Shown here: positions 52,301-59,515 of the stretch, in pieces | Position numbering within the stretch: the stretch's first letter is position 1 | Layout of the letters: each line of letters opens with the position of its first letter | Source: Ascidiella aspersa | Taxonomy: Eukaryota | Assembly: GCA_963924565.1 (NCBI GenBank) | Contig: OZ004610.1 | Location: 31,620,001 to 31,684,000 of the forward strand | Direction of reading: 5' to 3' | Length of the DNA: 64,000 nt | Notes under the pieces: model-generated | Seen by the model: only the letters and a program-made list of their open reading frames with translations | Told to the model about the DNA's origin: nothing | The model's database searches: none | Program-made: the position numbers and the translations under genes

Positions 52301-55300
52301 TCCTATACCGTTCCGGTCGTCCAATACACACACACAAACTTACGCACTTGCGCACGCGATACACACACCGCTTTGTTGTTTTTGCACCTTGGTTTTCTGT
52401 TTTCGGGCGAAAACTTCCGCGAGATTGGAAAAAGCAGTTTTCCGTTAAAACCAACGAAGCAACAAACTGCTGTAAAACGACTAACATTCGTAGATTCGGA
52501 AAGTTGCAGGTTCCTAGCGTTAAAAACTTGCATGACCATATAGTTAGTCGATTGTATGATCCCACCTTAAAACATGAATCACGTTTATCGCGCATACCCT
52601 AACCAGTGTTTCTTAACCTTTTATGGCCTACGGCACCCCTTAAAAGTTGTAAATAGTTTTTCAATACCCCGACTGGAATTTTCGTAGAGTATTTTACTGA
52701 AATGCCACTATAAATGGAACTAGAACGACACAATTAACTTAAAACATGCAGGAACATGTCATTTGATATAATGGCCTCTAATCGTACACAAATAGTTGTA
52801 TCAAGAAGCTTACCAATTCAGCAAATATCAGATTCCTAATTTTTTTTTTAAATCCCCATCGGCATCCTTGAGCATTAGAAACGGCACCGCGGTTGAGAAC
52901 CACTGCTCTAAACGGTTTACTAACCTTTTGTACAGTTTTAAAGCTCGTTTTTGGCCACGGCCAGTACCCATACCCCTTCCTATTTTTAAGGCCATTTTTC
53001 AATCTATACCCGCGTTTTGCGTCAACCGTCACCGAAAGCGCCATACGATGGTCGCGGAATTTTTCGCCACTCTAATGTACAACTGGTCGCCAATTCCCAG
53101 AAAATAAGGCCCTTCATCGGAGTATGTGTTTACGAAATGACGCAATGCTTCGAAGCATAATGGTTGGAATTGTAGTAAGAATATCAAAGCCCATATAGAA
53201 GTTGGTAGCATTTTGAACGTTTCTAATAATTCTATTAATTTTCAACTTCAGATGTACTACTTCTGTATGGGCTTTGATGTTCTTACTACGTCCTACTCTG
53301 TATTTTAGAAGTGATTGGACGTGTGTGCGAAATTACCAGTTTTAAAAAATGTTTTGTGATTTTAAATTTTACCCGACTTATTAATCCACCACTTACACGG
53401 CCGACAGGTATTTTTCTACTCGAAATAGTCGCCCGATAAACGTGCACAAAAGCCAATCAATCGCTGGTCTTCTGCCATTTCGCGCAAATACGAGCGAAAT
53501 GAAATACGCCAGGACCTTGTCTCGGCGGGCACATAACGAGGCACGCTCTGCAATTCCTAATCAGGGCACGACCACGACTTTCAAGCTCCATTTAAGAAAC
53601 GGCGACGGCTCGAAATCGTTGGCACTGTGTTAGGTTTGACGAGCTAGACGTCTAGCCGCATGCAAGTGCTCAAATACCGACGGCCATTAAGGCGTTGCGA
53701 TCAAGTTGGCTTAACCCCTGTTGTACGGCAATTTCTGACCTGACGTGCGATACGAACGCCAACTTTTGAAAAGTCGTACTGCGCTCGTGTTCTGAGTCGC
53801 CTGGGCACTTTTGCGTTGTCATGTCGGACTGATTTCGTGATGATCATAGTCACGTCCACACAATATAACAATTTTATCGCGTCTCGCTGGGAAATGCTTG
53901 TCTGCGACCTATTAAAGGTCTGGGTCAATCAATTAAAGATACACACGCATATATGTGTTAAACAACTGTGATGTAGCCCTTCTGAAGTTGCTTTTTGACC
54001 AATGATTAAGGCTTTCGTATCAATAGTACACTGAAAGCCATCGCAGAATCACTGAATCTGTCGATCTTGCTTGCATCATTGATTGACAGATTCGGTGAGT
54101 CTGCGATGACTTTCGGTGTACTAATAATGATACGTAAGCCGTAAAAAAACAGCTTCAGAAGGGCTCGATCACAGTTGTTAAAAACATATGCGTGTGTATC
54201 TTTAATTGATTGACCCAGACAAATAACGGGTCGCAGACATGGCGCGATGGACGGCTATTTACTAGATTGTGTGGACGTGACTGTGATCTGCACGAAATTA
54301 GTCCGGTGTACTCGTCTGGGTCAACTATATTTCTCCCCAACCGACCCAATTAGAATCAGCACATTTAAAGCTGCTTTTGCCTTTAGGGATCGAATCTCAA
54401 TCAGTCGCCAAATCTAAAAACCAAGCTCCGACGTTTTAAATTCCGTGCTCAGCTATCGTGGCGAATTGTAATTGCGGAAAGGTCGAAAGGACATCAATAT
54501 AGTATTATGTTTATAAACCCTTGGCAAACGGCAAGACGGGTGGCAAACGGCGGTTCCAAGAGCAAACTGCAGTTTATTGCGAATCGTTCGTGCCGATCAT
54601 AACTGGCCTTTCGTGTCAACAAGCACGCTACCAACAAAAAACAGAACAATAGGAGTGACGTCACATCATTTCTGCGAAGTTCTACCAAACGTGTCTCGGC
54701 GTCCGAGTCGGCCAAAATGTCAGCAAAATAAGCCGTAGTAGGTTGCAAGTTCACTTGAAAAATTCGGCCAAATTGTCATAGCCTATACTCCATGACGCAC
54801 GGGTCTTGTCCAACCTTTAATTACGTCTATCGCTTACGGTTTAATTTTGCTTGGAATTATCAACGCCATATGCCTTTTGTTTGCCGACCAACGTTACTAT
54901 TACGTCACGCCTTTGCGCCACTTGAATTAACCGCAAGGAGGCGCTATTACGTGAAGCGGTAAAGCAAATAATCATGCCCAAGTCCGTATTGCCTTTGTCA
55001 ATAATGCAAAACCCAATATAATTTGGAGCAAAATGGTTGGAGTTTGTAGTAAGACGTATAGTAAGAATATCAAAGCCCATACAGAAACAGGTAGCATTTT
55101 GAACGTTTCGAATAACTCTTTATTTATTTTCAACACCCAATATACTTATTATACCCAACATACTTTATAGTTATGTTTAAGTTGTTGCAACCCCGGAAAA
55201 ACACCAAGACTGGACCGCGCGGGGTTTTCAATCTTTCCCACAGAAAATAAACACCATTTGTTCGCATCCAACTTTAGCTTGCGCGCCCCAAGCGCGTTAT

Positions 55301-58300
55301 AAGTGAAGCTACCCGCAAGTGACCGTTATAGAACGCACTACACACTAGGACGCCAGTCACGTTTTTTCACTTTAAAGATAGCGGGCCAGCGTTGGCAGGA
55401 GTTACCCGGAAATCTGCCTCTGCGCTTTATAGCAGCGGTAATTGCAAAGGCCGACCATGATGGCATCGTTGCCCTGTATAACTGTTCTGTGCCGCACTTT
55501 TTCGAGAAACGCAAACCAGAATAGACGGTCGGGAAATAGAGCCGGGAAACAACGTTGACCACACCATGCCATCCAACTTTTTGAACTCTGGCGAGGTTAA
55601 ACGCTAGCTAAACGTGGCCGTTAGTTTTCTAGGCCAGTTGCGGACACATTAAGGCCCATGCCAATATTAAATAAGACGATATATCAAAAGCTTTTTTCGT
55701 CATTTTATTTATCAATAAAAAAAACATATATCAAAATGCACGTTAAATAAGGACGATATATCAGAATTGTCGTTTTTTCCTGCGAGCGAGATTTAGGCGT
55801 AAAATATACAAATCAAATAGACAATGAAAATCCAGCAACAGTGTTTATCGTCGGCAGGAGTTTTTAAATCCCCATATTCTCAAAGCCGCCAAATTCATTA
55901 CCGACTGGCCAAAGTACTCTGCTATCTCGCGTCATCCAAAAGCCTACCATTGCGCAATTATTCAGTAATTAGAATTTCGGAATTCCCAGTGACGCTAAAG
56001 ACATTTCCAGTGACCGTCATAAAAACGCCTGTATTTCATACGAGGAAGTTTAGAAACGAAACCCGCCCGAACCCATCAAACAAATGATCTCAAATGGTCT
56101 TTTGCCGACAGACCCCGTTTGGCCTTGGGCACTTCAATGCGTCAGCGTGACATAGCGATAAATTTGGCCGCGCGAATAGGCTTAGAGCCAGCACCTTCGC
56201 GGCCCCAAAGCTCTATAGATGACAATTTTTTTGTGTTTTTTTTTGAAGAATGTCTAAAAAGTGTGCCAAGCAAATAATGACGTCATTTATTCGTGACTTT
56301 AAAAAAAATATACAACAACTCTAATAGCTAACACGCAGTATGCATCATTGTTAAATATAAAAGTACATAATGGTGTAATAAATCCTAATTTAGTAACCCT
56401 GATGCGGTCAGCTGGTATCTGCTGCCGAAACGTCGGTTTATACTTCGTTTACACCAGAATAGCAATTTCTATCTATTGGTATAAAGTCCATTTTACATTA
56501 TAACAAAATGCATAGAAACCTTTTTTTATTTTTAACAATAAGATTTCAGAACACTATATACGGATCTGTTCATAAGTTCAATGGTGAAAATAACGCCCCA
56601 AATAGACGTTAAAAGCGACATGCTTTATTTTCAAACGTTTCGGCAATTTCGGATATCACTGATGATGGCATTAGAAATTGCCGAAACGTTTGAAAATAAA
56701 GCATGTCGCTTTTAACCTCTATTTGGGGCGTTATTTTTAACAATAAGATTTCAGCCAGTGAATTTGTAGTTTCGCAGCGTTTTATTTAGCAACGAAGCCA
56801 TACTGGTGTAAAAATCTTTTTTTGTAAATGCCGTATTTGTCTAATTCTAAATAGAGGAATCAGGTGGCACTGTATAAAGACAAATTACAGTGCCACCTGA
56901 TCCTCTATGGTGTAAAAAGGGCAAACATAGCGTTTCCCCGGGTCGAACCCGCTTAACACCCGCGCATTAGTCACAAAACGCGTCGTTCCGTTAATGGAAT
57001 CTAAGCAAGTTCATAGTAAGGCTAACGCGCCATCTAAACTCTTCAACCCGTACTTCGTGGCTCTGACGTCATAGCCACTCAAAAGTGGCTCTGCCCTGAT
57101 TTTAACTCGAAATGCCCCTTCGAAAATTTTCTGTTTGTTTTCGACGTTGCATGGCCCTTTATTCTATCGCGAAGTGCACCCGTTTGTTTTGGCCGGTCAA
57201 TGCTATCACCCCTACTATACTACATACTGCCAGCATCTTTCCGCGAAAACGACTTTATTTAAAGAGTGCCAAATGGGTTGCGCAAAACTCGAATTTCGTT
57301 TTCCTGTCGTATTGTGTTCCATTTACCACGGCCTGTTATTGTGTTCTATTTACCACTGCCTGTTGATCGGGTCAACTTGCCCTGTGTAAAGTGAATTCCG
57401 GGTAAAATTTAACAGCTTCCTCCTATCTTATCAATGGCCAAGTTAATCTATAGAAAGAGCCGCTTGAATCTCTTTGTTTCATTTTGCGAATTGACGATAT
57501 TCTTCACAGAAACGATTTGCTAAAAATGTTACGCATCTATTTTTTCTTTTCCCTTTTCTTTTCCCGAGGCGATTAGTTTGAGAAACACGGCCGATAAGTT
57601 TTACTTTGCGAATTTGCATCACATTTTTGGCCGGGCATGAAGTTTGTAGACTCACTTTAGTAACAAACTCCGTAATCAATGTAAGAGTGCTAGTAGCAGT
57701 GTTTTTTTAAGGTGTTTTCTCCAGCGGTTTCCCAAATTTTGGACTTGCAACTTTTTGGTATTTAAATGAAACACTTGCGGTCTCTTAAAACTACTTAGCG
57801 GTCACCCAAACCAAACCTTAAAGAAACCCTGGCTAGAAGTTTAAATATTAATCATACAACCCTTACCTAATGGTACGTTGATGTAAAACCACAGCAAAGG
57901 TACCAACTGTAACTGTGCCTAAAGGTTTTAACTTAAAGAGTTCAAGATCTAACAAGTTGATGTCTTAGCCTTTTGGTAAATTACGGATACTTTCAAAGTA
58001 TCCGGCATCGCCTTCTATGGTTACATCTAAATATCCTTATTTGGGCAATAAGGGGTTCGCGGAACGCACTTTTGGTAAAGGCTCAATACTTTCAAAGTAT
58101 TAGGCATCACACTATGGGTACATTACCTCACTACTCATACTCATATTTTGGGCAATAAGGGAGGTTGGCCAATTGCAGTTTTTGTAAACCCTTTTTGTAA
58201 AGGTCTTAATACTTTCAAAGTATTAGGATCACATTCTACAGTTACATTACCTCAATACCCTTATTTGTGCAATGAGGGGTTCGCAAACGCAGTTTTGTGA

Positions 58301-59515
58301 AAAAACGGCGCACTTCTACATCCTTTACTCTTAATTTGCGTAGACATCAAGGGCCTGGAAGAGGTCAATCGCGTCGAGGAAATCAACAAGCGCTACTGGT
58401 ACGCCTGCCAACGCTTCACCGAGATGCGAGCTCTGGAACGTTCCATGGGTCGACGTGGATCGAACGGATCGTCACCTGCAAATGGAGCCTCTCGTTTTCG
58501 GGACCTGATGCTCTGTTTGCCCGAGATCCGCTTCGTCGCTGGCAAGATGCTAAATACTGACGTCTCCAAGCTGCCTCTGCTCTTTAAGGTTGGTTTTCTT
58601 TCTCTTGTTTTTGGCGTTTTTGTTTTTTTCTGAAGGCGTTTTTGTGTGCTTTAGTGGGGGGGGGGGGGGGTGGTTTTTCATTTATTTACAACAAGATAAA
58701 AAAAGTAATGAAATTCAGCATGTAGCTAACATTTACAAAATCCTTTCACAGGATCAAAGAGTTCTCTAGCAAATATATAAGAAGCATCATTTTCTTTTAA
58801 CTAAAATATTCTTTGAGACAAATTGGAAAACTGCCTTGTCAGTTTCTGCTTGTCGTCCTTACGTATCCGTTTGGAAATTCTGATAAATCCACTGTCAAAA
58901 TATCACCATAGCCCAACTACAGCAGAATACTCTATCAAAGCTAGAAATTCCGTTGAGATCTTTTGTCTTGTCTGACCTTTGCTAGAGTATTCTGCTGTTA
59001 CTTGTCAGGAATTAAGGTCGACATTTATCTCACAAGGGCCAAGGTGATTTCCATTATCACACATATTCAGTGTAACATTTATATCCCAACTTAACCGAAC
59101 CTCGTTTCCCAACCAGGCCATCCTACACACATGCAAGCTGCAGAAGGTCCAGTCCGGACAACAACAACAACAACAGCAACAACAATCGACCGGCCCAGGA
59201 CAGGACCACGGCCCCTCAGTCATCAACAACAACAACAGCAACGTCATCATCGGTTCAGCACCCCCATCACCCACGTCATCACCGCCTCAACAGCGCATGC
59301 GTGAAGACGACAAAATGGAGGCTGCAGTGACGATGCTCGACCTCACCCAACGTCAGCAGGACACACCCACTCGTCACCATGGCAGCAGCGGTTCCATTGG
59401 TCCGCCGTCGACCTCGTCTAGCGCCTCCAGCGGAGGGCACACGGTCATGTCCCACGGGTCGCCCCGGTCCAGCCACGGGCGCAGCAGTCGGGACAGTACG
59501 GCCGAGTCCTCCTAA
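33937..59515 (+). CDS. NR6A1: Germ cell nuclear factor (GCNF, nuclear receptor 6A1); spliced CDS join(33937..34318,39580..39810,41059..41114,42558..42976,44450..44539,45679..45811,46228..46330,47657..47792,51459..51580,58344..58588,59117..59515), 771 aa
   Basis: C4 zinc-finger DBD ([12 protein letters not shown]) followed by AIREDGMPGGRNKSIGPVQISDEEIERI, nearly identical to vertebrate NR6A1 as recalled. LBD motifs LFRQIVWIKKLPFF, MKVINFLNQDIKGL, NKRYWY, DLMLCLPEIR and LPLLFK. All ten introns are GT..AG with compatible phases (1,1,0,2,2,0,1,2,1,0); total length is a multiple of 3. Confidence 0.95.
35650..35805. mobile_element. Family C palindromic repeat (relatives ~36900-37050, 46005-46180, 47900-48100)
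   Basis: accaacgtttcg...cgaaacgttggt inverted arms, central (C/T)TGANGAA core, shared tail atgcctggtagcaacagt. Confidence 0.7.
36548..36890. mobile_element. Family B palindromic repeat (copies ~12885-13000, 13598-13770, 15858-16102, 20555-20705, 28488-28572, 30537-30632, 36378-36490, 48258-48432, 53153-53297, 55025-55135)
   Basis: Consensus arm gagcataatggttggaggttgtagtaagacgtaataagaatatcaaagcccatacagaagtaggtagcattttgaacgtttcgaataactctttattcattttcaacat, usually with an inverted partner. Confidence 0.85.
36792..36839 (+). ncRNA. Hammerhead-like motif with U3:A8 covariant core, family B
   Basis: TCATGATG-TTGAAAA-T-GAATAA(agag)TTATTC-GAAA-CG-TT|CAAAATGA. Confidence 0.6.
36938..36979 (+). ncRNA. 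Hammerhead motif, family C (G12->A, probably inactive)
   Basis: ACC-CTGACGA-A-GGCGACTT(gaat)AGGTTGTC-aAAA-CG-TT|GGT. Confidence 0.65.
39580..39810 (+). CDS. NR6A1: GCNF exon 2: DNA-binding domain (two C4 zinc fingers)
   Basis: [37 protein letters not shown]...CQFCRLLKCLQMGMNRK; acceptor ttccaacAG, donor AAG|GTGTGG. Confidence 0.97.
40392..40582. mobile_element. Family A palindrome with central hammerhead (A6->T) in GCNF intron 2
   Basis: Inverted arms around CTGTAGA-T-GATAC..GTATC-GAAACGTC (40491-40522). Confidence 0.75.
41059..41114 (+). CDS. NR6A1: GCNF exon 3: C-terminal extension of the DBD
   Basis: tatttcAG|(A)IREDGMPGGRNKSIGPVQ|GTACGC. Confidence 0.96.
41885..42335. mobile_element. 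Dispersed element with AAGTCAAGTCA subrepeats (also ~14755-14900, 18265-18540, 23750-23870, 30475-30525, 38415-38505, 63815-63965)
   Basis: Recurring aagtcaagtcattt, gtccgattatgagca and gaaaacagtgactta blocks. Confidence 0.7.
42558..42976 (+). CDS. NR6A1: GCNF exon 4: hinge with poly-Gln
   Basis: ttcgtAG|ISDEEIERILSGKDFEDEER, then a CAA/CAG tract and Ala/Pro-rich sequence; donor AG|GTGAGC. Confidence 0.93.
42618..42683 (+). repeat. Coding (CAA/CAG)n poly-Gln tract; a second tract at 59159-59185
   Basis: Direct reading: Q6-H-Q3-H-Q11 in exon 4; Q9 in exon 11. Confidence 0.9.
44450..44539 (+). CDS. NR6A1: GCNF exon 5: hinge (DNSYYPGYGQTYQLPPHLAQYAMYKGQMQR)
   Basis: tttttacgcAG acceptor, AG|GTAAGT donor, 90 nt, phase 2-2, open frame. 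Confidence 0.85.
45679..45811 (+). CDS. NR6A1: GCNF exon 6: LBD helix 1 (SLVAQLVQAED)
   Basis: Resembles vertebrate SLIHQLLSAED; aaatAG acceptor, AAG|GTGAGA donor. Confidence 0.88.
46228..46330 (+). CDS. NR6A1: GCNF exon 7: LBD helix 3
   Basis: GELFGFLCKVADEMLFRQIVWIKKLPFFDSISIK; catacAG / AG|GTAAGC. Confidence 0.96.
46356..46897. repeat. CA-rich minisatellite (36-bp and 26-bp units) in GCNF intron 7
   Basis: acacacacacacttacacaatcacatctacaattct x4; cactcaaaacacacacttaccactca x3. Confidence 0.9.
47657..47792 (+). CDS. NR6A1: GCNF exon 8: LBD helices 4-6
   Basis: DHTTLLSTTWAEIILLAALCVHEEQLFGDLADITAKYIPDSEELSR; ttttcAG / AG|GTGAGC. Confidence 0.95.
51459..51580 (+). CDS. NR6A1: GCNF exon 9: LBD helices 7-8
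   Basis: FTDYEMEILERMTFLYQKFSHLRIDKEEYVIMKVINFLNQ; cattcAG / AG|GTCAGT. Confidence 0.95.
51685..51925. mobile_element. Family D element: two convergent hammerhead motifs (51696-51731 +, 51863-51900 -) flanked by a ~40 bp direct duplication
   Basis: TGAC-CTGATGA-A-GCAC(ggtt)GTGC-aAAA-GC-TT|GTCA, and on the reverse strand TTGAC-CTGATGA-A-GCA(cggttc)TGC-GAAA-GT-TT|GTCGG; flanks 51645-51684 and 51924-51964 are near-identical. Confidence 0.7.
52604..52905. mobile_element. hAT (Charlie-like) MITE; similar termini at ~22285-22551, 29688-29993, 57722-57832
   Basis: TIRs CAGTGTTTCTTAACC / GGTTGAGAACCACTG; right flank CTCTAAAC resembles an NTCTA(G/A)AN hAT target site. Confidence 0.6.
53901..54238. 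mobile_element. Foldback/MITE-like ~330 bp imperfect palindrome
   Basis: gtctgggtcaatcaattaaagatacacacgcatat... versus ...atatgcgtgtgtatctttaattgattgacccagac; arms pair almost to the centre. Confidence 0.75.
56395..56438 (+). ncRNA. Hammerhead motif, family F (A9->C); degenerate paralogue at ~7405-7450
   Basis: AACC-CTGATGc-GGTCAGC(tggtatct)GCTGCC-GAAA-CG-TC|GGTT. Confidence 0.65.
56550..56737. mobile_element. Young family E foldback element
   Basis: 64-bp inverted arms (56587-56650 / 56674-56737) with 1 mismatch; 24-bp direct repeat TTATTTTTAACAATAAGATTTCAG at 56526-56549 and 56731-56754. Confidence 0.85.
56656..56693 (+). ncRNA. Minimal type I hammerhead ribozyme motif, family E (intact core)
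   Basis: TCA-CTGATGA-T-GGCA(ttagaaat)TGCC-GAAA-CG-TT|TGA. Confidence 0.8.
57970..58300. repeat. Degenerate tandem of a ~100-bp unit, 3 copies
   Basis: tactttcaaagtat...ttgggcaataaggg repeated. Confidence 0.7.
58344..58588 (+). CDS. NR6A1: GCNF exon 10: LBD helices 9-11
   Basis: DIKGLEEVNRVEEINKRYWYACQRFTE...RFRDLMLCLPEIRFVAGKMLNTDVSKLPLLFK; gcgtAG / AAG|GTTGGT. Confidence 0.95.
59117..59515 (+). CDS. NR6A1: GCNF exon 11: end of LBD (AILHTCK) plus long F-domain tail, stop TAA
   Basis: aaccAG|AILHTCK matches vertebrate VVLHSCK; open for 133 codons to TAA at 59513-59515. Confidence 0.9.
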   Translation, partial: AILHTCKLQKVQSGQQQQQQQQQSTGPGQDHGPSVINNNNSNVIIGSAPPSPTSSPPQQRMREDDKMEAAVTMLDLTQRQQDTPTRHHGSSGSIGPPSTSSSASSGGHTVMSHGSPRSSHGRSSRDSTAESS

